Source of the DNA: Bacteroidales bacterium
GTDB lineage: Bacteria; Bacteroidota; Bacteroidia; Bacteroidales; VadinHA17
Direction: 5' to 3'
DNA: 64,000 nucleotides
Assembly: GCA_049294075.1 (NCBI GenBank)
Contig: JBAQCK010000039.1
Location: forward strand, 3,409 to 67,408
Part shown: positions 27,309 through 37,321 of the stretch, one piece after another
How positions within the stretch are numbered: the stretch's first letter is position 1
Layout of the letters: each line of letters opens with the position of its first letter
Program-made: the position numbers and the translations under genes
The notes under the pieces: generated by a model
What the model was told of the DNA's origin: nothing
Databases searched by the model: none
The model's input: only the letters and a program-made list of their open reading frames with translations

Positions 27309-27911
27309 TTAGAATTTAACTTCAGGAGCTTTTCCCGCTCCTTCCATCGACTCGAAATATGGTCTGGCTGTGAATCCGAACATCCCGGCAATAATACTCT
27401 GCGGGAATCTTCTTATATAAGTATTCATGGACTGGGCAACTTCGTTGAATTTCCGGCGCTCTGTCGAAATGCGGTTCTCAGTGCCTTCAAGCTCCACCTG
27501 AAGATCCCTGAAATTCCGGGTGGCCTTAAGCTCGGGATATTGTTCCACAACCACCAACAGTCTTGACAGAGCAGAACTCAGATCACCCTGGGCAGCCTGG
27601 AACTCCTGAAGATTTTCAGCAGTCATGTTTGCCGGATCGACTGTAACCTGGGTGGCTTTAGCCCTTGCCTCAATTACCTGGGTGAGAGTCTCCTGCTCGA
27701 AGGCAGCTGCTCCCTTGACTGTATTTACAAAGTTCGGTATAAGATCGGCCCTGCGCTGATATTGAGTCTCAACATTTCCCCACTGGCTTGTAACACCTTC
27801 CTGGAGAGAAACCATCTGGTTGTAAGCCCTGGTGCCCCATGAAACAAGACCCAGTACAATAAGTAAGAGAATAACACCAACTATAATCCAAATGATGCAA
27901 CCTTTTTTCAT
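27309..27911 (-). CDS. lemA: LemA family protein
   Basis: N-terminal TM helix, 'YNQMVSLQEGVTSQWGNVETQYQRRADLIPN', 'RRKFNEVAQSMNTYIRRFP'. Start set to ATG 27911 because a -7 box covers the listed upstream starts. Confidence 0.88.
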   Translation of the reverse strand: MKKGCIIWIIVGVILLLIVLGLVSWGTRAYNQMVSLQEGVTSQWGNVETQYQRRADLIPNFVNTVKGAAAFEQETLTQVIEARAKATQVTVDPANMTAENLQEFQAAQGDLSSALSRLLVVVEQYPELKATRNFRDLQVELEGTENRISTERRKFNEVAQSMNTYIRRFPQSIIAGMFGFTARPYFESMEGAGKAPEVKF

Positions 27912-27935
27912 TTTGTGCGATTTTAAGAATTCCAT

Positions 27936-27943
27936 CAAAGGTA
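27936..27943 (-). promoter_or_regulatory. Candidate -7 box (TACCTTTG on minus strand) for the lemA-TPM-TPM operon
   Basis: + strand CAAAGGTA, 25 nt upstream of ATG 27911. Confidence 0.45.
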
Positions 27944-28055
27944 AATAATTCCTTATAATCTGAACAGAAAATTATCAGGCTGTTACCCAAATTGGCCGTA
28001 CCCCATTCTTAAATGAATTCATTAATTTCTAATTTTACCGCCAAACTTTTCTCAC

Positions 28056-29024
28056 ATGAGAACGATAGCAATAGTTGCCGGAGGAGATTCATCCGAATAT
28101 GAAATTTCAGTAAAGAGCGCCAGTGAGGTGTTAAGTCTGATCTCAGGGAAATACAATGCTTACCTGATTATGATAAGAGGTACGGCCTGGTACTGGGAAG
28201 ATCAGAAGGGAAGACGCTTCAATATCGACAAGAATGATTTTACCCTTAAAACCGACGATCAGAAGATCAGGTTCGATGCTGTTTTCATAGCTATTCACGG
28301 GACTCCCGGCGAGAACGGTCTTCTCCAGGGCTATCTGGATATGATGAAGATCCCCTATACCAGTTGCAGTGCATTCTGTTCTGCCCTCACATTCAACAAG
28401 CAGGCCTGCAAGCTCTATCTCAAGGAGTATGGCATACCAATGGCCCGCGACATACTCTTCCGCAGGGAAAATATGCCGGATACCGACTCAATAATTTCAA
28501 AAACAGGTCTTCCGTGTTTTGTAAAGCCAAACGACAGCGGATCAAGCTTCGGAGTGTCAAAGGTTAAGACAAGGGAAGATCTGCCTGCTGCCATTGAAGA
28601 GGCATTCAGGGAAAGCAGCGAGGTAATGGTCGAATCATTCATGAACGGAAGAGAAGTCGCCTGCGGCGTGGTAAGGGCAAACGGGAAAGGGATCGTACTG
28701 CCGGTAACTGAGATCATAAGCAATAACGAATTCTTTGACTATGAGGCAAAATACACACCTGGAAAATCAGCGGAGGTAACACCTGCAGAGATGCCCGACG
28801 ACCTGATTAACAGGATACAGGTATTCAGCTCAAGAGTCTACGAAATACTTGGATGCAAGGGTATTGTAAGGGTTGACTTCATAGTGGTCGACGACAATCC
28901 CTTTTTCCTCGAGATAAACACCGTCCCGGGTATGACAATGGAGAGCATCATACCCAGGCAGGCAAAGGCAGCAGGCATCGGCCTCGAAGACCTCTATTCA
29001 ATGGTTATAGAAGACCTGTTCTGA
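28056..29024 (+). CDS. ddl: D-alanine--D-alanine ligase
   Basis: 'IAIHGTPGENG', ATP-grasp 'CFVKPNDSGSSFGVSKV', 'LEINTVPGMT'. Confidence 0.92.
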   Translation: MRTIAIVAGGDSSEYEISVKSASEVLSLISGKYNAYLIMIRGTAWYWEDQKGRRFNIDKNDFTLKTDDQKIRFDAVFIAIHGTPGENGLLQGYLDMMKIPYTSCSAFCSALTFNKQACKLYLKEYGIPMARDILFRRENMPDTDSIISKTGLPCFVKPNDSGSSFGVSKVKTREDLPAAIEEAFRESSEVMVESFMNGREVACGVVRANGKGIVLPVTEIISNNEFFDYEAKYTPGKSAEVTPAEMPDDLINRIQVFSSRVYEILGCKGIVRVDFIVVDDNPFFLEINTVPGMTMESIIPRQAKAAGIGLEDLYSMVIEDLF

Positions 29025-29037
29025 TATTTTTTGAGGC

Positions 29038-30435
29038 TTATTCCTTTGCCAGTTTCAGCGCCGAGGTGGTTGTATAGTATTTTGTAATCATTCCCGGAAC
29101 CTCCCAGTCGGGTAATTTGCCTGCTTCCATGTATTCAAGAAATCGTTGGGTCACCTGTCCGAAATGCTCTTCGTGCGAAACCCTGTACTTTTTGGGAATG
29201 AAGATCTTCAGCGCCTTGTTACCTGAGTTTTCTGCCATCAGGCTGTCGTATGAGAGCTGGCCGAGCGCTGACTTCAGCTTTTCAGAGAATTCCGGAAGGG
29301 ATGATCCCTTTATGTTTTCAACATACAACGTCGGTACAAATTTTTCATCGGCACCCTGACGGATAACAAGGTCGCATTTCGTGCCGCGCATCACCGAGTA
29401 GTGAGTATCTCCTCCCCCTGCCGGCGGCATGAAATCCCATGTAACTGATACTTTTGCCCAGATCCCCTTCAGCTGGTAAATCATCTCACCGTTTGAATAA
29501 ACATGCAGTTTCCCGTCCCTGACATCCTTGCTCAGGTATTCAGGGAAATCGTCAAAGCCGGTAACTCCTTTGAATTCTTCCCTCGATATTATCGTGGGCC
29601 ATCTCCTGGCAGAGGAGAGCTTTACATCTGAAGGATCGAGGATCTGTTCCGGAAAGCATTCCCACTGAATAAGGTCGACAAGATGTGTTGTGACATCAAC
29701 TATTCCCTCGCCCTGCTGTTCGACGTCGAAGAACCATGCCGGACGCTGGAGCGGAGAACCCGATACTATCTTTGAAAAATGATGAACACTTACCTTTGAC
29801 ACAGCAGGCTCCCTGGCTGACCCTGGAACCAGAGTTCCGAAAATCTCCTCATTCTGTGAAAGGAGTTTCTGGAGAAGGGTGGTGACCTCAAACCTTTCGG
29901 TCATGATGTCGTAAAGAAGGACCCCCTTTTCAGCTGCAGATGCAAACGCGGCTTGCAGGCCCGGCCAGTCTTCAGGAGTTATTATCATTGGCTTGTCAGC
30001 CAGAACATTCAGTCCTGCGTTAATCGATGCCGTAATATAACTTGCCTTCTTCTTGTTATTGCCCGATAACACTACCACATTACCTGCCTTTTCTGCAAGC
30101 ATCTTTTCGAAAAAATCGGATCCCCTGTAGACTATCTCGTTCCATTTTGTGGGATCATTGGCTCTTGTGTTATATGAAGCAATTCTTCCAAGATGCTGTT
30201 CCACATCCGGCCCTTCAGGAGCATAAACCCTGACGTCGGGTGAAACCTGCGGATAAGTTGTCTTCTGAACAAGGGCAGCATGAAAATGGCCCGGATCGAC
30301 TGTCAGCAGTTTTACCTTAAAGCTGGTTTCCATTTCATCATTCTTTTTTTCCGTCGTTTGCTTCCTACTTCCTCCTGATCCGCATGAAGATAATATTAAT
30401 GCAGAGATCAATACAATTGTTGTCTTTATGTCCAT
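29038..30435 (-). CDS. Lipoprotein with Gfo/Idh/MocA-like Rossmann N-terminus and 'putative oxidoreductase C-terminal' domain
   Basis: Lipobox 'LILSSCGSGG', 'LLTVDPGHFHAALVQK' family signature, long C-terminal alpha/beta domain. Confidence 0.65.
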   Translation of the reverse strand: MDIKTTIVLISALILSSCGSGGSRKQTTEKKNDEMETSFKVKLLTVDPGHFHAALVQKTTYPQVSPDVRVYAPEGPDVEQHLGRIASYNTRANDPTKWNEIVYRGSDFFEKMLAEKAGNVVVLSGNNKKKASYITASINAGLNVLADKPMIITPEDWPGLQAAFASAAEKGVLLYDIMTERFEVTTLLQKLLSQNEEIFGTLVPGSAREPAVSKVSVHHFSKIVSGSPLQRPAWFFDVEQQGEGIVDVTTHLVDLIQWECFPEQILDPSDVKLSSARRWPTIISREEFKGVTGFDDFPEYLSKDVRDGKLHVYSNGEMIYQLKGIWAKVSVTWDFMPPAGGGDTHYSVMRGTKCDLVIRQGADEKFVPTLYVENIKGSSLPEFSEKLKSALGQLSYDSLMAENSGNKALKIFIPKKYRVSHEEHFGQVTQRFLEYMEAGKLPDWEVPGMITKYYTTTSALKLAKE

Positions 30436-30444
30436 ATCGTAAGT

Positions 30445-31479
30445 CTATTTTATTTCTTTTACTGCTTCAATGAAAGCTTCAATATTCGGTGTGCTTACAT
30501 CCTGGGGCATTCCTCCGCCGGCTGACCAGATAACGCGATCGTGATTGATGATTTCCCCAGAGGCCTTTCTGACTGCCTCCTTTATCTGTTCAGGAGTTCC
30601 TGCAGCCAGCACATCGCGCGGGGGTATGTTTCCAAGCAATATCACCCCGTCGCCTGCAAGGTTCCTTATCTCTCCGAGTGAATGATTGAAGGAGAAATTG
30701 AACATGTTCACATCCATCTCCTTAAGAAATCCTGCCGTAATAAGGCCATCCGCATCATTATGAAGAAACCTGACCTTCGCTCCCGTGCATGAAAAAATCC
30801 TTTTTAAATAGGGAAGCGCGAACTCGCTGAATTCACCCTCACCCACAAAGCCTATTATATCATCGAGAATCAGAACCCCCTCAATCGAAGGAAAACTTTC
30901 TTTCTGAAGTGAAAGCCAGTCACAGATGAAACTGGTTATTTTTTCAAGCAGCCTGTGCGAGCCTTCCGGATCAAGGGCAAGCGCCATCATGAATTCGGTG
31001 GTTCCCATGAGGAAACTGGCTATGTTGAGAGGGCCGCGGGCTATGGCGAACCTGACCTGGTGATCTGATTCAACGATCGCGGCCTGGTTGTTCTTAAGCC
31101 TGGCAATCATGAAAGGCAGAAGACCGTCGGTTCGCACATTCGGCTGAGGGAGCCGCTCAGCATCAGCAATATCGGTTAGAATTTTTTCCGCGTGTGGCAG
31201 GTTGTTCTCGAGAAAGATCATTCTCGATCCGAAAGCAGAAGGCTCAGTGCACATGCCGTATTCCGACCAGAAACCGGGCATAAACCAGACATCAGGAAAG
31301 GTTTCTGCTGCCTTTATATTGGCTTTCAACCATTTTTCGTCGGATGCATAATAGTCAAGCGTGGGAATGCCATACCAGCCCGGCAGCCAGGGACTGTCAA
31401 TAATAAATCCCGCCGGTCTGTAACTGAGCTTCTTTCCATTTACCATTGAGAGAAGATCATTCCACGATGAATTTCGCAT
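30445..31479 (-). CDS. Uroporphyrinogen decarboxylase (URO-D)-like / MtaA-CmuA-like family protein
   Basis: 344-aa TIM-barrel-like sequence with URO-D-like features ('RPAGFIIDSPWLPGW', 'FLHNDADG', 'WSAGGGMP'). No signal peptide. Confidence 0.65.
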   Translation of the reverse strand: MRNSSWNDLLSMVNGKKLSYRPAGFIIDSPWLPGWYGIPTLDYYASDEKWLKANIKAAETFPDVWFMPGFWSEYGMCTEPSAFGSRMIFLENNLPHAEKILTDIADAERLPQPNVRTDGLLPFMIARLKNNQAAIVESDHQVRFAIARGPLNIASFLMGTTEFMMALALDPEGSHRLLEKITSFICDWLSLQKESFPSIEGVLILDDIIGFVGEGEFSEFALPYLKRIFSCTGAKVRFLHNDADGLITAGFLKEMDVNMFNFSFNHSLGEIRNLAGDGVILLGNIPPRDVLAAGTPEQIKEAVRKASGEIINHDRVIWSAGGGMPQDVSTPNIEAFIEAVKEIK

Positions 31480-31566
31480 GGGATTTGAGGTTTATCTGTA
31501 ATACTTCAGACATTAAATTTGAGAATAATTTTCAATACAGCAAAGATTCCACTGAGGGATGTATTA

Positions 31567-34476
31567 TTATTTATCATCGAGGTCAGCAATCTTGAAATTG
31601 AATGTCTCCACGCGGTATGAATCTATCGGGGCGCAGGTGCATACCAGGTTCCGGTCGCCATAACCATCATCAATCCTTCCGACTGAAGGCCAGAATTTGT
31701 TTTCTTCCACCCAGAGCAGGGGGTAGGCTGCCTTCCGCCGTTCATAGGGATGTTTCCATTCGTCGGCAGTAACAGCCAGCGCTGTATGAGGTGAGTTGTG
31801 CAGAACATTATCTTCCCGGTCAGCTTTTCCTTCCTTCACTTCCTGAATCTCGAGCCAGATAGAATTCATTGCATCAATGAACTTGTCAAGTTCCCGGAGT
31901 GATTCCGACTCGGTAGGCTCGATCATCAGTGTCCCGTGTACCGGGAAGGAAAGCGTGGGGGCATGAAAGCCGTAATCCATAAGCCTCTTTGCGATATCCG
32001 ATTCGGTGATCCCGGCTTCAGTCTTGAAATTCCTGCAGTCGATAATTAGTTCATGAGCCACAAAACCAGTTTCGCCTGTATAAAGGGTTTTGAACCTTTT
32101 TTTAAGGGATGCCGAAACATAATTTGCATTCAGAATGGCATATTTCGTCGCGTCTGTCAGGCCGTCCGGACCCATCAAAAGTATGTAGGCGTGTGAAATG
32201 GTGAGGATGTGTCCGCTGCCAAAAGGTGCAGATGCCACAGGTGTTATGCCATTCTTACCTCCGGCCGGTACCAGGGGATGCGACGGCAGGAATTCTGCCA
32301 GTCTTTCGGAAACAAGCACCGGACCCATTCCCGGACCACCGCCTCCGTGAGGGATGGCAAAGGTCTTGTGAAGGTTAAGATGACAGAGATCGGCTCCAAT
32401 ATGTCCCGGACTTGTAAGTCCGACCTGGGCATTCATGTTGGCCCCGTCCATGTAAACAAGTCCGCCGTTCTCATGGATAATGTCCATCATGGTTGTGACC
32501 CCGGCTTCAAACACTCCGTGCGTCGACGGATAGGTTATCATGAAACAGGCAAGATTATCCCTGTAAGCCACGGCCTTTTTATTCAGATCCTCAATTTGAA
32601 TATTCCCTCTCTCATCACATTCGACAACAACCACCTGCATACCTGCCATCACGGCGCTGGCCGGGTTGGTTCCATGTGCTGATGAAGGGATAAGGGCAAT
32701 GTTCCTGTGACCTTCCCCCCTTGTCTTGTGATATTCCCTTATAATAAGCAAACCTGTATATTCGCCTGCAGCCCCGGAGTTTGGCTGGAAAGTGACTGCC
32801 GAAAAGCCTGTAATCTCCTTAAGGGCATCTCCCAGCTCATTCATCATCTGATAATAACCTTCAGCCTGATCGGCGGGAACAAACGGATGGATATTCCCGA
32901 ATTCGGGCCAGCTCATGGCAAACATCGAAGTTGCCGGATTCAGCTTCATAGTACACGATCCAAGAGATATCATGCTGTGTGTAAGAGAGAAATCTTTTCT
33001 CTCAAGCATTTTTATATACCTCATCATCTCTGTCTCGCTGTGGTAGCTGGTGAAAGTCGAGGCAGTAAGGAAAGCGGACTTGCGGAGGAATTTTTCGGGG
33101 ATGCATTTGCATTCCGCGAACGATTTTATCTCATCAGCTTTTTTACCTGCTGCTTTGGCAAACACTTCAATAACTGCATTTATATCTTCGATCGAAGTGA
33201 CCTCATCGGTGGTCAGACTTATGCTGCCGTCGGCCGGGTAATAAAAATTAATACCGGCTTCAAGTGCAAGCTTCCTTATTTCATCGCGGCTTATACCCTC
33301 GTGAGGTAAAACTCTTATGGTGTCGAAATAAATGTCATTTAACTGGACATAACCAAGCTGCTTCAGGCCTGCTTTTATTGTGCAGGCCGATCTGTGTATC
33401 TTAAGCGCTATCTCCTTCAATCCCTCGGGTCCGTGATACTGGGCATACATCCCCGACATGGTTGCCAGAAGAGCCTGTGCCGTACAGATGTTGGAGGTTG
33501 CCCTCTCCCTTTTTATATGCTGTTCGCGTGTCTGCAACGCCATCCTGAGGGCCTGTTTTCCATTTACATCCACTGACACACCAATAATCCTTCCGGGCAT
33601 GTTTCTCTTGAGCTCATCCCTGGTTGCGAAGAACCCGGCATGAGGACCTCCGAAGCTCATAGGCAGGCCAAATCTCTGGCTCGATCCAACCACTACATCA
33701 GCACCCCATTCTCCGGGAGGCGCAAGCAGGGCAAGGCTTAACAGATCAGCGGCAACCCCCACAAGCAATCCTGCTGAATGGGCCCTGGCAGTGAATTCAC
33801 TGTAATCGCGGATATGACCCGAAGCGGCCGGATACTGAACAAAGGCGCCGAAAAATGATTCGTCAGGCTGAAACTCTTCAAATCGTCCTTTCACTATCTG
33901 AATGCCGAGAGGCTCCGACCGCGTTTCAATAACTCCCATATTCTGGAGGAAAATGTCCTCATCGACAAAGAATTTGTTTGCACCTGCTTTTACAACTGCC
34001 CTTGAACGGGCATTGAACATCATTATCATGGCTTCGGCCGAAGCAGTCGATTCATCTAGTAGCGATGCATTGGCAATCTGCATTCCAGTCAGCTCGAAGA
34101 CCATGGTCTGGAAATTCAGCAGGGCTTCAAGCCTGCCCTGCGATATTTCAGCCTGATAAGGTGTGTATGATGTGTACCATGAGGGATTTTCAAGTACGTT
34201 CCTGATTATCACCGAAGGAGATGCAACACCATAATAGCCCTGACCGATAAACGATCTGAACATTTTGTTCTTTTTTCCGAGCTTCCTTATGTGGTCTAAA
34301 TATTCAAACTCCGTCATTGCTTCCCGAAGTCTTAATGGTTCTCTAAGCCTGATCGGTTCAGGCACAGTTCTGTCAATCAGTTCATCGAGTGAGTTCACTC
34401 CGATTGTCCGGAGCATTCCGGGCATGTCGGACACGCGGGGCCCTATATGGCGGGTGGTAAAAGAATCGGATGACAT
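31567..34476 (-). CDS. gcvP: Glycine dehydrogenase (aminomethyl-transferring), single-chain P protein
   Basis: 969 aa. 'FTTRHIGP' N-terminus, 'YTPYQAEISQGRLE', PLP-Lys 'CHLNLHKTFAIPHGGGGPG'. Confidence 0.95.
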   Translation of the reverse strand: MSSDSFTTRHIGPRVSDMPGMLRTIGVNSLDELIDRTVPEPIRLREPLRLREAMTEFEYLDHIRKLGKKNKMFRSFIGQGYYGVASPSVIIRNVLENPSWYTSYTPYQAEISQGRLEALLNFQTMVFELTGMQIANASLLDESTASAEAMIMMFNARSRAVVKAGANKFFVDEDIFLQNMGVIETRSEPLGIQIVKGRFEEFQPDESFFGAFVQYPAASGHIRDYSEFTARAHSAGLLVGVAADLLSLALLAPPGEWGADVVVGSSQRFGLPMSFGGPHAGFFATRDELKRNMPGRIIGVSVDVNGKQALRMALQTREQHIKRERATSNICTAQALLATMSGMYAQYHGPEGLKEIALKIHRSACTIKAGLKQLGYVQLNDIYFDTIRVLPHEGISRDEIRKLALEAGINFYYPADGSISLTTDEVTSIEDINAVIEVFAKAAGKKADEIKSFAECKCIPEKFLRKSAFLTASTFTSYHSETEMMRYIKMLERKDFSLTHSMISLGSCTMKLNPATSMFAMSWPEFGNIHPFVPADQAEGYYQMMNELGDALKEITGFSAVTFQPNSGAAGEYTGLLIIREYHKTRGEGHRNIALIPSSAHGTNPASAVMAGMQVVVVECDERGNIQIEDLNKKAVAYRDNLACFMITYPSTHGVFEAGVTTMMDIIHENGGLVYMDGANMNAQVGLTSPGHIGADLCHLNLHKTFAIPHGGGGPGMGPVLVSERLAEFLPSHPLVPAGGKNGITPVASAPFGSGHILTISHAYILLMGPDGLTDATKYAILNANYVSASLKKRFKTLYTGETGFVAHELIIDCRNFKTEAGITESDIAKRLMDYGFHAPTLSFPVHGTLMIEPTESESLRELDKFIDAMNSIWLEIQEVKEGKADREDNVLHNSPHTALAVTADEWKHPYERRKAAYPLLWVEENKFWPSVGRIDDGYGDRNLVCTCAPIDSYRVETFNFKIADLDDK

Positions 34477-34565
34477 AGATGTGATTTTTAAAAGTTTTGG
34501 CTTGCTGCACTGTTAAGGAGCGCCCCGAAATTAAGAAATAGTGTTTACTTAAAAAACGAGCAGGA

Positions 34566-35207
34566 TCACTTCTGGATAAAATATGGATTGAACCTGAGTT
34601 CGTCCCCGATCAGGGTTGTATTCCCATGTCCGGGATAAACCACCGTGTCTGCCGGTAGTATAAACAATCTTTCCCTGATACTGTTTAACAATGTCTCATG
34701 ATTTCCGCCCGGAAGATCTGTCCGTCCTATACTTCCTTCAAACAGCGCATCTCCCGTAAAGACTACCTTGTCTTTTTTGCTGTAAAATGCCAGGCTTCCC
34801 GGTGCATGACCGGGAACGTGAATCACTTCAAGCTCCGAATTACCAAAACGGACCTTCTCCCCTCCCGACAGGTATCCGGCAGGCTCAGGAGGCGGTTCCA
34901 TCGACAATCCGAACATCATGGCATGATCGACCGCTCTTTTCCGGTTCATAAGGTCATCGTGGTGACACAGGGCTCCAAGTCCGTATTTTTCAAGCATCAG
35001 CCTGTCGCCAAAAACATGATCGAGATGGCAATGGGTGTTCAGAAGAAGAACCGGTTTGAGGTTCTCGACGTCAAGCAGCGCTGTAAACTCTTCGGCTTCC
35101 TTACTATCGTAGCATCCGCAATCGATAATGGCACAATCGCCTGATCCATCCGACAGTATATAGGTGTTTACAGATATAGGATTAAAAACCAGCTTCCTTA
35201 TTTCCAT
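34566..35207 (-). CDS. MBL-fold metallo-hydrolase (glyoxalase II-like)
   Basis: 'LLNTHCHLDHV' HxHxDH motif, 'HVPGHAPGS'. Start taken at ATG 35207, 4 nt after the pcm stop. Confidence 0.85.
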   Translation of the reverse strand: MEIRKLVFNPISVNTYILSDGSGDCAIIDCGCYDSKEAEEFTALLDVENLKPVLLLNTHCHLDHVFGDRLMLEKYGLGALCHHDDLMNRKRAVDHAMMFGLSMEPPPEPAGYLSGGEKVRFGNSELEVIHVPGHAPGSLAFYSKKDKVVFTGDALFEGSIGRTDLPGGNHETLLNSIRERLFILPADTVVYPGHGNTTLIGDELRFNPYFIQK

Positions 35208-35211
35208 ATCA

Positions 35212-35865
35212 TTACATTTGTTTATTGACAGTGCCCTTGAGCATGGGCACAAAAACGAAAGTGCCGTGGGAGGAATACTCAAAATCTTCCTCTCCGCTGC
35301 GGATGACAAGCGTCATAACCTGTGAAGTGCTGTCGCCGACGGGAACAACCATCTTTCCGCCAATTTTAAGCTGATATTGAAGCTTTGCCGGGATCTCGGG
35401 AGTAGCGGCAGTTATCACTATCCCGTCGAAAGGTCCGTACCGGGGTTTGCCCTCATATCCGTCGCCATAAAAGAAATCGGCTGAATACCCAAGCGAAGTA
35501 AGTGTACGCTGAGCCATGATAAAGAGTTCCCTGTGCCTTTCAATAGTATAGACCTTTGCTCCCATTTCGGCCAGTATGGCACACTGATAGCCTGAACCGG
35601 TGCCGATCTCAAGTATCTTATCCCTCTTTTTTATATTCAGCAGGCTGGTCTGGATTGCTACAGTGTAAGGCTGTGAAATAGTCTGGCCCGAAGAGATGGG
35701 GAAAGCCTTGTCGGTGTAGGCATGATGGAGAAAGGCAGGGTCCATGAATTCGTGCCTTGGAACGGTATTTATGGCCCTTAGCACCTCTTCATCGGTTATT
35801 CCTTTTGTTCTAAGCTCATCTACAAGCTTTTTTCTCTTGCCTTTCGCCAGAAATGTGTCGGTCAT
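35212..35865 (-). CDS. pcm: Protein-L-isoaspartate O-methyltransferase
   Basis: 'GQTISQPYTVA', SAM motif 'ILEIGTGSGYQCA'. Confidence 0.9.
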   Translation of the reverse strand: MTDTFLAKGKRKKLVDELRTKGITDEEVLRAINTVPRHEFMDPAFLHHAYTDKAFPISSGQTISQPYTVAIQTSLLNIKKRDKILEIGTGSGYQCAILAEMGAKVYTIERHRELFIMAQRTLTSLGYSADFFYGDGYEGKPRYGPFDGIVITAATPEIPAKLQYQLKIGGKMVVPVGDSTSQVMTLVIRSGEEDFEYSSHGTFVFVPMLKGTVNKQM

Positions 35866-36020
35866 GAAAAATTAATAGTAGAATTCGGAGCTAAAGATGG
35901 TAAAAATAAATGAAAGCCGCCTTCTGCAATTACCGTAGAATTGGAATAAAAGGAATGATCCGGAAGGGGATAAGATTAAATCCTGTTTATAGCAGCGCAG
36001 GGCTTCAACCTGTCAAATAA

Positions 36021-36575
36021 TTATAAAGGGTATTTCCCCAGAGGGATGTACAGAGGCCCTGTCTTCTTAAGTATGCTTTCATAAAGAATAATCTCCTTAA
36101 CCTTGACAGTCTGGAATTCGACGCCTTTATATTTTTCGATGGCTGATCTCAGCCTTGCCGGATTGCTGACTGATTTCACCCTGCCAATTGTCAGATGAGG
36201 CCTGAACTTTCTGTCTTCAATCTCAAACCCTGCTCCTCCCATTCCTTCAGCAATGATTTCATAAAGAGATGAAAGCCTCTCAGTCTGAGCAATGCCAACC
36301 CAGAGTGCCCTCGGATCAGTGAAACTTTTAAAAACCCCCGCACCGGAAAGAATAAAATCAAACTCCCCGAACCCGCCACATCTTTCCCTGAGCATACGAT
36401 CGAGGACCTTTATTCTTTCCTCAGCAGTGTCGCCCAGAAAAGCAAGTGTGATGTGAATACCGGAAAGATCAACCCATTTTATGTTTTCAGTTCCCAGCAT
36501 TGCTCTGACTGAAGTGATCATCCTGATAAGATCACCACCAGGTTCCGTTTTGACAGCAATGAAAATTCTTTTCAT
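36021..36575 (-). CDS. thpR: RNA 2',3'-cyclic phosphodiesterase (2H family, LigT/ThpR)
   Basis: Two HxT motifs, 'HITLAFLG' and 'HLTIGRV'. Confidence 0.85.
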   Translation of the reverse strand: MKRIFIAVKTEPGGDLIRMITSVRAMLGTENIKWVDLSGIHITLAFLGDTAEERIKVLDRMLRERCGGFGEFDFILSGAGVFKSFTDPRALWVGIAQTERLSSLYEIIAEGMGGAGFEIEDRKFRPHLTIGRVKSVSNPARLRSAIEKYKGVEFQTVKVKEIILYESILKKTGPLYIPLGKYPL

Positions 36576-36594
36576 ACCCGACTAATCGCTAATG

Positions 36595-37209
36595 CTAAAG
36601 GCTGCCGGTTTCAATCTCCATCAGGATGATCTCGATGATTGCATCTTCCCCGAAGGGATCATATTCTGCTTTGAGGTCTGAACCGAAAATCCGTGCAATT
36701 CCCTGCCAGAAAGCGGCTGAAAAAGTGCCTCTGTACTGCCTGATCAGATCATAGGACGTGTTGTAAGTCTCCCTGTCGATAAGCTTAATAAGCAGTTTGC
36801 CCTGCGAAACCGTCATGCCGCGGATATCATCCTCATATGCACCAAACAGATCCTTTTCAAACTTCCGGAGGTACTTCTTCCTCTCCTTGTCGTCGGGAAG
36901 CATCATCAGCTGATCATTTGCTTCGCCAAGCTTTGCCCTCACCATCTGGGCATACGGGTAAACCTTCTTAAGGTTGAAAACCAGGCGCTGATACCTGTGA
37001 AAGGGGAATTTTTTGGCTGTCGATTCACGTCCGATGATCACCACTTCCTTTATGTCTATTTCAGGCAACACCTCACCGTTCCTGTCCACTGAACGCAACT
37101 GGTAATGATTACCGGGAAGCGTGTCGACAGACCGCTTTACTGTATCAATCTGCGCCGATATTTCAGTAAGCAACCCACATATGAATAATATGAAAAACAG
37201 TTTCCGCAA
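36595..37209 (-). CDS. DUF4294-like secreted protein
   Basis: Signal peptide 'FICGLLTEISAQ', 'VYPYAQMVRAKL', 'GKLLIKLIDRETYNTSYDLIRQYRG'. TTG start as listed. Confidence 0.65.
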   Translation of the reverse strand: MRKLFFILFICGLLTEISAQIDTVKRSVDTLPGNHYQLRSVDRNGEVLPEIDIKEVVIIGRESTAKKFPFHRYQRLVFNLKKVYPYAQMVRAKLGEANDQLMMLPDDKERKKYLRKFEKDLFGAYEDDIRGMTVSQGKLLIKLIDRETYNTSYDLIRQYRGTFSAAFWQGIARIFGSDLKAEYDPFGEDAIIEIILMEIETGSL

Positions 37210-37227
37210 CTCCAGTCATATTTCATG

Positions 37228-37235
37228 CAAAGTTA
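37228..37235 (-). promoter_or_regulatory. Candidate -7 box (TAACTTTG on minus strand) for the DUF4294-like gene
   Basis: + strand CAAAGTTA, 19 nt upstream of start 37209. Confidence 0.4.
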
Positions 37236-37294
37236 TCAAATTACGGGCCAACTCCGATATCAGCCCTAATGGAGTTGACAAATGTAAAAATCCC

Positions 37295-37302
37295 TATATT
37301 TG
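37295..37302 (+). promoter_or_regulatory. Candidate -7 box TATATTTG for the DUF3267-like gene
   Basis: Matches TAnnTTTG, 20 nt before ATG 37322 and inside the listed N-terminal extension. Confidence 0.45.
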
Positions 37303-37321
37303 GAAAAAGCAAAACCACATT

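Noticed and set aside
34477-34565. Possible glycine riboswitch upstream of gcvP
   Set aside because: The spacer is only 89 nt, too short for even one full aptamer plus expression platform. I could not see the conserved glycine-aptamer core.
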